Part shown: positions 1 through 12,444 of the stretch, in pieces | How positions within the stretch are numbered: position 1 is the first letter of the stretch | Layout of the letters: each line of letters opens with the position of its first letter | Origin: Octopus vulgaris | Lineage: Eukaryota | DNA: 64,000 bases | NCBI GenBank assembly: GCA_951406725.2 | Contig: OX597819.1 | Span: 60,760,001 to 60,824,000 of the forward strand | Reading direction: 5' to 3' | Translations under genes and position numbers: made by a program | Notes under the pieces: model-generated | What the model was told of the DNA's origin: nothing | The model's database searches: none | Seen by the model: only the letters and a program-made list of their open reading frames with translations

Positions 1-46
1 CAGATGATGATGACTATGACCATATTGCTGCTTCCTTCTTGAAAAA
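1..46 (+). CDS. EIF3C: eIF3c exon (first visible; upstream exons lie outside the window)
   Basis: Frame from nt 3 reads DDDDYDHIAASFLK(K), resembling human eIF3c ALASRFLKK. GTAAGT donor at 47; phase 2 joins the exon at 2190. The exon may begin at nt 4 if CAG 1-3 is the acceptor. Confidence 0.8.
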
Positions 47-472
47 GTAAGTCTTTCTAAAAATTGATTTTTTTCTTTTCTTTTTCAATTTAATATGAAA
101 TATTCTAATTTAAAATAAGATATTAGTTTCTTGGAGATTAGCATAACATGTGAAAAAAAAAAAAAAACTAGCTTTGAATATCTTTAAATTATATTTAAAT
201 TGACATCAAAATAGTATTTTATTTTAAAGTTATTATCTTCCTTATTATTATTAAGTTGAGAAGTTGGTTTTACAATTGGCACCCAAATTCTTGGATATTA
301 ATCCCTGAAGTTTCAGTATAATTTTTCCTGTAATTTCTGTTATCAGTTATCTCCTTTTATATTCAGCAGTAAAGAACACTTATGAGAGCTGGACAGCAAA
401 AGGTTTTCATAGAAACCCAAAGACATCTGTCCCTGGCGAGTGTTTTGACCCTTAACTGCTTACACTCTAAGG

Positions 473-836
473 TAGCGTTTCTAAACGGGAGTTCCCTGGA
501 ACCCTAGGGTTCTGCAAAAGGTTCCTAGGGGTTCTGCGAGAAAGAGTGAGATAAGCTAATGCTAATTTCATGTGCATGTATAGTAATATTACTATACATG
601 CACAACATATTGGTTATTGTAATGTTGTAATATAGACATCATCCTATCTAACCTATTATGTTATCAAAAAAATATAACAGTCATATATATATATATATAT
701 GTGATATTTACCTAGTGAACTATGATGAAAAAATGTGAGAAAGGTAAGGCACATAATTTTTTCTGTGTAGGGGTTCCTTGAGACATGTAATTTGTTTTAA
801 GGGTTATGCAAGGGTAAAAAGGGTTGAGAAACACTG
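473..836. mobile_element. hAT (Charlie-like) MITE
   Basis: Termini tagcgtttctaaac / gttgagaaacactg; 8-bp flanks CTCTAAGG (465-472) and CTCTAAGA (837-844). Confidence 0.75.
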
Positions 837-1662
837 CTCTAAGAGGACTGGGCCACATCCTGGCCATGCCTCTTGGATACTCCTTTGCTGCCACCTCTGT
901 ACTATTGTCTATGTTGCAACCCCCCTGGATGGTAAAGGTACTCCAGAGCCATGGTATTTTGGGTGTTGTGATCAGTTCAGTCTAAGACACCAATTGACTG
1001 TAGGGTAAATTATGCCTTTTGAAATTCATTTCCATTCCTCCTTGGCCAGATCCAGTTGGAACATGTCTCTGCTGCTTCTGCTATTGTCTTAAGTGCTCTG
1101 GTTCTCTTTCTCTCAGGAATTGAGAGCCACTTAAGGTGATTATATGCAGACTTTCCCACAAACCCTCTTGCACCCACCTCTGGTGAGGACAGTGGCTTGG
1201 AAGCCAGATTTTCTCAGTCTGATGGTTAGGTTAGACTGTCATATTTTTCAGTCTTTTAGATGTGGGCTTCCTCCATTCTGCTTTCACAATGAGTTCAATC
1301 AGAATAACTCGTTTTGATGTATGATGAGTTAAGAATATTGTGAGCAATGTAAATTTTGTTGGAGTAAGTGATGAAAACCTTTTACAAATTGTTGATATAA
1401 GACAAAGGAGTGGTTTAGTGAAGTAGCTGAAGATTTGTTGGATTGACAGATAAATTCACTCTAGGCATGGCATGGAAACATACAGGCTAAGATTTTAGTA
1501 TATGTCAATAATTTATGTAAAAAAATTTGTTTGTAGATTTAACCCTTAGCATTTAAATTGGTCATATCTGGCCCAGATATTCTTCTTGTTTTATGTTCAA
1601 ACCAGCCAAATGCGACTTCTCACACGTACCATACAATGTCATACTAAAAATGAGTAATTATA

Positions 1663-2056
1663 GGCACAGGTATGGCTGTGTGGTGGGAAGCTTGCTTCCC
1701 AACCATATGGTTCTGGGTCAGTCCCACTGCATGGCACCTTGATCAAGTATCTTCTACTATAGCCTTGGGCTGATCAAAGCTTTGTGAGTAGATTTGGTAG
1801 ACAAACTGAAAGAAACCTATCATGTAAATATATATATATATATATGTGTGTCTGTGTTTGTTCCTCCTACCATCATTTGACAACTGATGCTGGTGTGTTT
1901 ATGTCCCTGTAACTTAGTGGTTTAGCAAAAGAGACCAACAGAATAAATACTAGGCTTACAAAGAATAAGTCCTGGAGTCGATTTCTTTGACTAGAACCCT
2001 TTAAGGTGGTACTCCAGCATGGCCACAGTCATATGACTGAAACATGTAAAAGAATA
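1663..2056 (+). mobile_element. tRNA-derived SINE family A (CORE-like, internal TA/TG microsatellite), CpG-decayed; nested in a piggyBac-like MITE (~1539-2134)
   Basis: Aligns by eye to the intact copies at 28888-29283 and 55971-56435. The flanking pieces match the MITE at 12061-12259 in reverse. Confidence 0.75.
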
Positions 2057-2189
2057 GAAGTATATCAAAATCTCAAAGCTGTGCATCAATAAGCATTAGA
2101 TCCAACAGAGCTATTTGGATACTAAAAGTGTTAATGGCTTTAATATAATTTTCTTTGTTTAAGTAGTGTTACATATGTGTTTTTCATAG

Positions 2190-2313
2190 GCCAACTGCTG
2201 ATGGCAAAAAAGAAGAGAAGAAGAAAAAGAAGAAATATAAAGCAGCCAAAAAGGCTGAAAATGAAGATGAAGGTGAATGGGAGAAAGTGAAAGGTGGCAT
2301 TCCATTGGTTATG
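2190..2313 (+). CDS. EIF3C: eIF3c exon
   Basis: ttttcatAG acceptor, GTAAAT donor. Encodes PTADGKKEEKKKKKKYKAAKKAENEDEGEWEKVKGGIPLVM (human GEWERVRGGVPLVK). Confidence 0.92.
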
Positions 2314-3009
2314 GTAAATACTGTTTTTCTCTGATTGCTGTATTCACTTTTGTTTGCTGAAAGGAAATATTTAACTTTACACCATTGACATTTTCATGGA
2401 TTTTAATTTTAAAATATTGAATTAAAATTTAAGAATTTGATGATAAATACAAAGAATCTCAGTTATTATTGCCAAAGATTATTATTATTATAAATCAATT
2501 GTCCCATGGAAACAACATTGTAGAAGAATTTTTCTTTGTGTTGTTGATTGGCCTTCATTAAACAGATTTATGATCAAAGGCCTTCCAGCCATGATCATCC
2601 CATCTTTTTCAGGTTATTTTCTGGATATTTTCAGTATATTCTTTTTTTTTAAGCTTGGTGGGTGTAATTTGAAGGGGATTTAGCTACTGTTTGTAATATG
2701 TCAAGCAACTGCATAGGGGTCTATAGGCAAAGAGTAGTTGAGAAACATTGGGATAGAGTATGAAGGCAGTTCAATTTGATAGGAGCCAATCATTCTCCAA
2801 GCTACTTATTGGAGGAGTTGGACTTAGCATTACAAGCTAGTGAAAGAGTCATCAATTTTCAGCCTAACAACTATAGTACTACTTTGTGACAGGCATAATT
2901 TGATGCCAGTGACAAAGTAACTGATGTTTCAGTTGGCCCTCCATTTCTCTATCAACTTGACCATCTATGCTTCCACCCAAAAGAAAGCCATGCAGCTGTA
3001 GTTGTTCGG

Positions 3010-3330
3010 CAAGGAGTCACCAACTCATTCAACCCTTGGTCCCTTACTCTACTTTTTCTACTATTACTACAATGGCCTTCTCCCCCTTGTAGCTAATTAC
3101 TTGCACACCACCAAAGCCTACATGACCTATTTATCTCCATTCAGCCCCAGTTCTAATTACTATGCTAATTCCTTCCACCTCAGAACATCAACCATCTGGA
3201 AAATCCTTCCTGTCTGTACTTTTCTCAGCAGTTATTAACTTGTGCTTTTTAAAGTGATAGACTTGAATATTTTATGTCATTCAATTTTACTCCTATGAAT
3301 AGTGAAATACACAGTGGTATTTTATGCATT
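3010..3330 (+). mobile_element. Decayed CR1/L2/Jockey-type LINE 3' fragment
   Basis: YYYYNGL...YYANSFHLRTSTIWKILP resembles the ORF2 C-terminal SFFPRTxxxWNxLP motif. A similar remnant lies at ~20380-20650. Confidence 0.5.
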
Positions 3331-3336
3331 ACATTG

Positions 3337-3656
3337 CGTCGCCTTACTGGCACGTGAAAAAGCATTCAAGCGAGGTCATTGCCAGTGCCACTGGACTGGC
3401 TCCTGTGCAGGTGACACATAAAAAACACCATTTGAGTGTGGCCGTTGCCAATACCTCCTGACTGGCTCTCGTGCCAGTGGCATGTAAAAGCACCCACTAG
3501 ACTCTCGGAGTGGTTGGCGTTAGGAAGGGCATCCAGCTGTAGAAACTCTGCCAGATCAAGATTGGAGCTTGGTGCAGCCATCTGGTTTGTCAGTCCTCAG
3601 TCAAATCGTCCAACCCATGCTAGCATGGAAAGTGGACGTTAAATGATGATGATGAT
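3337..3656 (+). mobile_element. RTE LINE 3'-end fragment
   Basis: Same 3' UTR and (GAT)n tail as the RTE at 10397-12042. Confidence 0.8.
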
Positions 3657-3827
3657 ACTTTGTAGTTAATTTATTTCTTCATCTACTTAATCTGTTTAAT
3701 GTTTTAAATAACTCCCCATAGTCCTTATTACAGTGCTCAGAATTCAAGTATTAAAGTTTATTGATGACTTCATTATATATTGAATTTATTCTATTTTTTT
3801 TTTGTCCACTCTTCTATTTAACTGTAG

Positions 3828-4090
3828 GAAAAACCCAAGATGTTCAGCAAAGACACTGTGATCAACCATGAGGCTGTTCTGAAGAAGTTAACTGAAATTA
3901 TTTCTGCTCGTGGAAAGAAGGCCACAGATCGTAGTGAAATGATAGGTATTCTTGAAGAATTGCTTACTGTATCTGAAAACAAGAATCTTGGTCCAGCCAT
4001 GGCATCTAAGATTATATTTGCAATTATTTCTGCTATATATGATTACAACCCCAATATAGCTACTAACATGAAGCCAGAAATGTGGCAAAA
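3828..4090 (+). CDS. EIF3C: eIF3c exon
   Basis: EKPKMFSKDTVINHEAVLKKLTEIISARGKKATDR...MKPEMWQ matches the conserved eIF3c ARGKKGTDR region; AG/GTAAGT boundaries. Confidence 0.96.
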
Positions 4091-4724
4091 GTAAGTTTCT
4101 TTTCCTTTTTTCAAGTCCTATTCAATTATGAAATTTTATTATAAAATGTTCTCTTTGATATTTTTATGTTTACCGGGAATCTTTATATTTCTGGAAGATT
4201 TTTATATAGATCTCAGCTTTATGATAATGTTTTCTAGTTTTCCAATTATACTTTTAGCAGCACTCAAAATAGAAATGAAATGGTAACCATTTATGTTTTT
4301 AGATACAGACATAGCATTGTGGTTAAAAAGCTTACTTCCAAACTATGTGGTCTTGGGTTCATTCCCAATGTGTGGCACCTTGGGCTATGCATCCTGGACT
4401 ATATTTTATTGCCAGTGTATGAAGTTTCATTTCCAGAAGACTAAACTGATAAAAATTTTAGTAAAAGGTTTTTGAGTATAAAAATAGAAGTTTTACTGAA
4501 AAATTTTTTTAATATTTTAAAATCAAGAACTTGCTAGGTATCACATACCACAACAGGTAAAACTTTGTAATAAAAATGATTTTTTTGTAGTTTCAATAGT
4601 GTTATGAAAATTTGCAATTTTTACACACCTTCAAAAAAGCAAAGAAAATTCTATATTGTTGTTTGATACATTTATGAATAATAATAATGATGATTAATAT
4701 CTTCTAATTTTATTTTTATTTTAG

Positions 4725-4821
4725 CTGTTTGGAATATGTAACTAAGCAATTAGATCATCTTATTGAAAATACTGATATATTGGTAAGCGAGAATATCCCA
4801 GAAGACAGTGAAAATGTGGAG
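4725..4821 (+). CDS. EIF3C: eIF3c exon
   Basis: CLEYVTKQLDHLIENTDILVSENIPEDSENVE (human [30 protein letters not shown]); phases consistent; AG/GTTAGT. Confidence 0.92.
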
Positions 4822-4873
4822 GTTAGTATTATTGTTAATCTTGGTTCACCATTTTAATGTATAGGTCTTGTAA

Positions 4874-5087
4874 AGGCAGTGAGCTGGTGGAATTGCTAGC
4901 ATACCAGGCAAAATGCTTAGCAATTTCATTAATCTTTACATTCTGAGTTCAAATTCCACCATGGTCAACTTTGCATTTCATCCTTTTGAGGTTGATAAAA
5001 TAAGTACCTCTTGATCACTGGTGTTGATGTGATCTACTTACTCCCCTCCTCCAAACTTGCTGGCCTTGTGCCAAAATTTGAGACCAA
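4874..5087 (+). mobile_element. tRNA-derived SINE family B, CpG-decayed (similar intronic copies ~7195-7470, 8685-8870, 8893-9095)
   Basis: B-box GAGTTCAAATTCC and core ttgcatttcatcctttt...gataaaataagtacc shared with the intact copies at 34221 and 62840. Confidence 0.75.
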
Positions 5088-6423
5088 TATATAGGTCTTG
5101 ATGAAAATGCATGACCTCATATTTTAGATGTGCTCACAATTGTAAGGTCATCAATTCAATTACTAGACCAGGTGATGCACTGTGTCTTGAGCCAGGCACG
5201 TCTTTCATTTTGTTCCAGTTAATGCCATCTTCAGACTGCTGCAGGCCTCTCCCTCTTCAGCTCTCATATCCTGGAATGCTTGGTTGGGTTACCAGTGGAA
5301 GGGTTTTCATTTGTAGTTACATGGGCTAAAGTAGGATACATGTTACCAAGCAATACTTACTTGCAAGTAATGGTTGTAGTTTTATATAGGTGCGACTGTA
5401 TGGTAGAGTATCTTGCTTCCCAACCGTGTGGTCTCAGCTTAAGTCCCACTGCATGGCACCTTGGGCAGGTGCCTTCTATTATAGCCTTGTGAGTGAATGT
5501 GGTAGATGGAAACTGAAAGAAACATCCTGTATTTGTGTGTACCCTTCTCTTGACATCGCATGATAGTTGTAAACGAGCACCGTTGTCATACAAGCAAGGT
5601 TGTTCATTTCCAGTGTTCCATGAAAAACATGTCTAGCCATGGGGAAATATTACCTGACATGGAAACAAGTGAGGGTGACAATAAAAACTGTTTCAGCAAA
5701 TTTAATCTGACTCATCTAGGCATGGAAAAGTGGATAGTGAATGATGATGTTGAAATACTCTTTATTTTTTTCCTTACTGATTGATTTTTCTATCATCTAA
5801 TGATTTCCTATGATCAAAAGAAGGTACTACTAGACCATAGACTCCTTGTTCATTGGGGTACTGTAAAGAGTGGATTGGTGTTTTATTCTTGATCAGAAAG
5901 ATTTTAAGAAGTTGTGGATTATAAATATGGAAAATCTATTGCAAAAATAATGCTCACAAATTTTTTGAGTTCTTTTTAAGTTGTTAGTTTGGAATCTTTG
6001 CTTGTGTGGATAAATTATTTTATTTAGGTATAACTGTATGGTTAAGAAGCTTGCTTTGCAATTATATGGTTTTGAATTGACCCTTGCATGGCACCTTGGG
6101 CCTCAGGTTGACCAATGTCTTCTTAGTGGATTTGGTAGACACACTGAAAGAAGTGTGTGTGTGTACTGGTTTGTTTACTCCCTGTAATTTAGCAGTTTGG
6201 TAAAAGAAACTGATTGATTTAAAATATTGAGTACTAGGGTTGATTTGTTTGACTGAAAACCCTCCAAAGTGTTGCCCCAGCATGGCTGCACTCCAATGAC
6301 TGAAACATGAAAAAGAAAGTAAAAGAAAGAATAACGAACTGTAAAAAATAGTTTTCTTTGAGACTTTCTGGCAGATAGAATTGTTAAAAGATGAAACAAT
6401 ACTTTTTTTCTTCTTTTTTTCAG

Positions 6424-6536
6424 ACTTCACCCTACCGTGTTCGTGGTTGTATCTTGACAACTGTAGAAAGGATGGATGAAGAATTTAGGAAGATGCTTCA
6501 AGGCTGTGATCCTCATAGTACAGATTACATTGAAAG
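6424..6536 (+). CDS. EIF3C: eIF3c exon
   Basis: [37 protein letters not shown]; poly-T CAG acceptor, GTGAGC donor. Confidence 0.96.
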
Positions 6537-7622
6537 GTGAGCTCTATAGACATGTAGAACATGTTTTATTTATGTTAACTGTATTGCAGTAAAACTTGCA
6601 GCAGTTGAAAAATCATATAAAATCACAGGATTAAGTGAATGCTTAAGTAATGTATTTCATGGGTTCAGTCCCACTGCATGGCACTTCGGGCAAGTGTTTT
6701 CTGCTACAGCTCCATGCTTGAGTGGATTTGGTAGACAAACTGAAAAGAAACCTGTCGTGTGTATGTGTGTGTACACCTTGTATCAACATTCAAGTGATGT
6801 TTGTTTCCAACAAACATGTCTGTGAAAAACATGTCTAGCCTTCTTTGGATTTAGGCAGGACAACCGGTCATAGGAAATCTGCTTTGAAAAAATTCTATCT
6901 GACCCATGCAAGCATGAAAAAGTGTACATTAAAACAATGATATAGTATTTGTGTGTGCGTGAGACTATTCAATATTGTTGGTACTTTTGTGAATGACTTG
7001 TCTGCTCACTTTGTTCCTTCAAAGCCATGTGGAAGAAGGAATCCTTTACATGAAAAACCATGAAGGGTAGGTGTGAGAGGCTAGATCTGGCCAGTTTTAA
7101 CATAAAACAGGTAAAATATTTGAGCTGGGTATGCTAAGGGGATATGTTCCATATACCAGCTAAGTCATGAGTGTTATTTCATGATGTCTTAATAGGTGTC
7201 GAGCTTGCAGAAACATTAGCATGCCGGGTGAAATACTTAGCAGTATTACGCTTGTCTTTACATTCTATGTTCAAATTCCACCAAGGTTGATTTTGCCTTT
7301 CATCCTTTCAGGGTCGATAAATTAAGTACCAGTTGTGTACTGGGGTTGATAAATTAAGTACCAGTTGTGTACTGGGATTGATAAATTAAGTATTAGTTGT
7401 GTACTGGGGGTCGACTAATCGACTGGCCCCCATTCCAAAAATTTCGGGCCTTGTACCTAGAGTAGAAAGGGATGTTCTTAATTATTTTCAAAATTTGAAT
7501 GAACAAAGGCAATGTATTTCAACAGAAATGTGGTAATGAAAGGTTGAACTTTAATCTTAATACATTTACTCTTGTATTATATAAGAGTGGATTTTTAAGG
7601 CAATTTTTCATTGAAATTTTAG

Positions 7623-7749
7623 GTTGAAGGATGAACGCACAGTGTGTGATATTATTGAAAAACTTCAATCTTATTTGGAGAAAAATGAAGTTCCTACCAA
7701 AGAACTTTGCCGGTGTTACCTTCGTAGAATTGAGCACATGTACTACAAG
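7623..7749 (+). CDS. EIF3C: eIF3c exon
   Basis: [42 protein letters not shown]; AG/GTAAGG. Confidence 0.96.
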
Positions 7750-7847
7750 GTAAGGTTTTTTTTCTTTTCCTTTTTATTACTTTTTAATGTGAAGCAGTTT
7801 GGGATAAGAAGTGTTGAATTGTACTATTATTTGTTTAAACAGTAATT

Positions 7848-8251
7848 CAGTGGTTCTTAACTATTTTTTTTTCTGTAGTGCTCTACTTTTTAAATAGTTG
7901 TTATACTTAGCACCTACCTAAGTGGCAAGTGAGATATCATGACTAAACTAACTTAACATGGATGATAATTTATAAATTTTACTCTAAAAATGGATTGTAT
8001 AAGCTTTTAACAGTGACATGATAAAATGAATAAAGATAAAAGTTGTAAATTTGCTTTATACATTGTAAGTTAATTACTTCCCTGTGCCTGATGAGATCTC
8101 ATTTTATTTTTATAGCCATCACTGGTTTTATCATTTATAATATAATTACTACTATAGGTAGAATTTAGTATGTTAATTATGTTACCTAGCACTCCCTCTG
8201 ACACACCTAGTGCCTCCTTGGGAGCAGTGTCCCCCACATTGAGAACCTCTG
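7848..8251. mobile_element. hAT MITE
   Basis: cagtggttcttaac ... ttgagaacctctg termini; flanks CAGTAATT / CAGTAAAT (7 of 8 match). Confidence 0.65.
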
Positions 8252-8435
8252 CAGTAAATCATGGTAATATTACTGGAATGTGATTTGTTTAACTTTCATA
8301 CATGGGAACTGCTATGAACAATATCCTGTTAATGTATAAGTAACTGATCCTACCATCTTGTAGATAATCTATTAAAATATCATTTGACAGCAGAATGAAG
8401 TGAATTGTCATGTATTGTTATTGTTTTTCTAACAG

Positions 8436-8642
8436 ACTGATACTTACAAAAGCAGCGGTCAAGCAATGGATAGATTATGTAAGTACATCTATGTGAAAGA
8501 TTCCACCGACCGTCTGCGAACCAGAGCTATTTTGTACCATATATATTTCCATGCTATCCATGATAGATGGTATGAGGCCCGTGATCTGATGATGATGTCT
8601 CATTTGCAAGACACTATTCAACATTCAGATATTCCGACTCAG
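8436..8642 (+). CDS. EIF3C: eIF3c exon
   Basis: [69 protein letters not shown]; CAG/GTAAGT. Confidence 0.96.
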
Positions 8643-10074
8643 GTAAGTGTTGTTATTTTTTTTTACTCAGGTATTTTACTCCAAAGGTGGCAAGCTGGGC
8701 AAAATGCTCAGTAGTATTTTATGTCTTTACTTTCTGTGTTCAAATTCCACTGAAGTAACTTTACCTTTCGTCCTTTTGGGGGCTGATGAAATAAGTACCA
8801 GTTAAGCCCAGGGGGTCAATGCATTTGGCTTGTCCTCAAATTTCAGGTCTTGTACCTAGAGAAGAAAGGATTAATATTATTATTTTACCCAGAAGATGGT
8901 TGGCTGGCCGAACTGTTAGCATGTTGGACAAAATGCCTTGTAGCATTTCTTCTGAGTTCAAATGCCACCAAAGTTGACTTTGCCTTCCATTCTTCTGGGG
9001 TTGATAAAATAAGTACCAATCAAGTCCTGGGGTTGATCTAATTGATTTGCCCCTTCCCTCAAAGCTATTAGACTTATGCCTAAAGTAGAAATAATTATTT
9101 TACTCATTAAAACTCTTTGTTCATAACTTTTGGAATCTATATTCTAGATCTGTATGAAATTGCCAAAAGATAGAAAAAAAAAGCTAATCAATTCTATCAA
9201 TGAATATAAGCATAATTTTAATTGTTATTTTATTTAAGCAGGAAAATAAAAATGATCGGTCATATTGTTTTTGAAATCATTAAAAAAAAAATTTCGTCTA
9301 CTAGCTGAGATATAGTAAAATTTCATGGTTATTTATTGGTGGTGGTGGGTTTGTTTAGTTGTAGATATTCAGTTTTCTGAAAGCAAGTTTGAAAAATAAT
9401 CAATAGACTGGTATAACTCTTTATTTTGATTATTATAAATTGGTGTTTTAGCAACTGAATGATAAATAATCTAAGTTTCTTAAACGGTCACATGATGAAG
9501 CTTTATTAGGGTGTGATAAAAGACTTTCCCATAATCACAATTTTGATCAATTTTTCAACAGCAAACGCTGTGTGCACTATAGCAAAAAAGCAAAAACCTA
9601 AATAAAAGAAAAACCCGTGGACACTGCCACGCATCTTACATAGCCTGTGTAAATAAAATATGAGAAGTTTTTCTGATCTAAGGGAGAAAACTCTTCAGTA
9701 TATGTGTAATTGTAGCCACTAAACTAGAACTATTTATCAGTCATAGTTTGTGTGTGATAATTGGCCACATGCTATGTAGAGTATCAATCTGAAAACATTG
9801 TTATTAGATTTGAGCGTTTTACTTCACAGTTGCATTTGGAAGGGCATCTAACAATGATATCCTTTCAAATACAATAATGTTATATTAATGACGGTATTAT
9901 AATAATATTGAGAACTATATAAAACTTTTTACTTAAAATTTTTCCAAATAAATAAATGAATGAATTGCATGTGCAGACTGAAGTATCAGTGAAGTATGAA
10001 ATATATAACAAGTCTTTATCAAATGGAGAATAAGGGGTAAATGTCTTGTTAGCTATAAATTATTTGCCAAAATA

Positions 10075-10121
<47 letters not shown>

Positions 10122-10396
10122 AAATTAATAATAAAAGGGTAAAATTTATTAATTAAATTAATTACTTAATCAATCAATTAATTAACAATTTCACCAAGTA
10201 GATCGGTACGTTAAAATAACCTTTATAGGTAAAGTTGTACAAATATTTTATAGTTATAATTAGGGTTCAGCTAATTGCTTCATCACATGCCGAATTTAGA
10301 AATAGGAGTTAAAATTCGGTATGTGGTTAAGCAATTAGCTGAACCCTAATTATAATTATGTTTATAATTATAAAATATTTATATATATATATATAT

Positions 10397-12042
10397 CATC
10401 ATCATCATCATCATCATTTAGCGTCCGTTTTCCATGCTAGCATGGGTTGGACGGTTCTACTGGGGTCTGTGAAGCCAGAAGGCTTCATCAGGCCCAGTCA
10501 AATCTGGCAGTGTTTCTACGGCTGGATGCCCTTCCTAACGCCAACCACTCCGTGAGTGTTTTTTACGTGCCACCCGCACTGGTGCCAGACAGAGCTGGCA
10601 AACAGCCACGAACGGATGGTGCTTTTTATGTGCCACCGGCACGAGGGCCAGGCGAGGCTGGCAACGGACACGAAACGGGGCGGTGCTGGCAACGGTCGCG
10701 AAACGGAAAGTTCTCTTACATGCCACCGGCACTGGTAACACATCTGCAATTTCCATTGATCGATTTCGATTCTGATCCTCACTTGCCTCAATGGGTCTTC
10801 ACAAGCAGAGTTTCGACATGCCACCGGCACTGGTAGCACATCCGCAATTTCCATTGATCGATTTCGATTCTGATCCTCACTTGCCTCAACACGTCTTCAC
10901 AAGTAGAGTTTTGTGTCCCAAGAAGGGAAGGTATGCATACGTAGGCTGGCTCCATCCCATGTAGAAGGCCACGGGTTGTGGACTCACTTGTCCTGCCGGG
11001 TCTTCTCGCGCACAGCACACTTCCAGAGGTCTCGGTCTCTAGTCATTTCCTCAGTGAGACCTAAAGTTCGAAGGTCGTGCTTCACCACCTCGTCCCAGGT
11101 TTTCCTGGGTCTGCCTCTTCCACAGGTTCCCTCAACCGCTAGGGTGTGGCACTTTTTCACACAACTATCTTCATCCATTCTCGCCACATGACCATACCAG
11201 CGCAAACGTCTCTCTTGCACACCACAACTGATGCTTCTTAGGTCCAGCTTTTCTCTCAAGGTACTTACACTCTGCCGAGTGTGAGTACCGGCATTACACA
11301 TCCATCGGAGCATACTGGCTTCATTTCTAGCGAGCTTACGCATATCCTCAGCAGTCACGGCCCATGTTTCACTGCCATGTAGCATGGCTGTTCGTACACA
11401 TGCATCATACAGTCTGCCTTTCACTCTGTGCGAGAGGCCTTTTGTCACCAGCAGAGGTAAGAGCTCTCTGAACTTTGCCCAAGCTATTCTTACTCTAGCA
11501 GTTACACTTTCAGCACACCCGCCCCCGCTGCTGACTTGGTCACCTAGGTAACGGAAACTATCAACTATTTCTAGTTTTTCTCCCTGGAAAGTGACGGAAG
11601 TTGGTCTCAGAGCATTTTCAGTGTTTATTGTTCCTGAGCATCTGCCACATACAAAAACCATCTTCCTAGTTAGCCTTCCTTTGACATTGCTGCATCTCTT
11701 ATGTGTCCATAGCTTACACTTGGTGCATCTTATAGAGTTTCTACCTACACCTTTTCTACAGATCGAGCAGGGCCATCTACCTGAAGGTGTTTGTGATTTG
11801 TCTACCTTCCTACTGATTACGACTTTGGTTTTAGCTAGATTGACTCTGAGGCCCTTCGATTCTAATCCTTGTTTCCACACCTGAAACTTCTCCTCCAGTT
11901 CTGATAGCGACTCAGCAATTAGAGCAAGGTCATCAGCATAGAGGAGCTCCCAAGGGCATCCTGTCTTGAATTCCTCCGTTATTGCCTGGAGGACTATGAT
12001 AAATAGGAGGGGGCTGAGTACTGAGCCTTGGTGGACCCCTAC
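10397..12042 (-). mobile_element. 5'-truncated young RTE-clade LINE, antisense in an eIF3c intron
   Basis: Uninterrupted frame 12042-10984: GVHQGSVLSPLLF, LLYADD, GLRVNLAKTK, FRYLG, HGSETW, RRLRWYGHVARM, GRGRPRKTW. Followed by a 3' UTR with tandem repeats and a (GAT)n tail; CpGs retained. Confidence 0.93.
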
Positions 12043-12060
12043 ACATATATATCAGTATAA

Positions 12061-12259
12061 CCCTTTAGCATTCAGAATGCTTATTTATTCAAATTGTTTT
12101 GAATTAATCATGCATTATCTTGTAGCATTGGGGTTTTGAAGATTTGATTGTTTATTATTTTAATAACATTGTAGGCTAGGTGTAAGAAGCTGCATCTGGC
12201 TAGTTCTAACATAAAACAGAACATTTTGTCTGGATTTGGACCCTTTAAATGCTAAAGGG
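12061..12259. mobile_element. piggyBac-like MITE (related copy ~16190-16402)
   Basis: TIR CCCTTTAGCATT / AATGCTAAAGGG with TTAA-like flanks (ATAA / TTGA). Confidence 0.65.
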
Positions 12260-12444
12260 TTGAATACAAAACAATGACCCAAAATTTTAAATAAGTTTTC
12301 TCTTGAAATTACTAAATAGATCTGTGTTAGTAGTTGTTTGTATGTTTGAATAAAAGGTAGGAATGTTGTTTAAGACAAAATTTGTAGATGATTTCTTTTA
12401 ATGTATTTTATATTGTTGTATTAATTGAATCATTTCATTTTCAG

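Noticed and set aside
1368-1429. GTGATGA...CTGA box C/D snoRNA candidate in an eIF3c intron
   Set aside because: No terminal stem and no recognisable rRNA guide; such motifs are expected by chance in AT-rich DNA.
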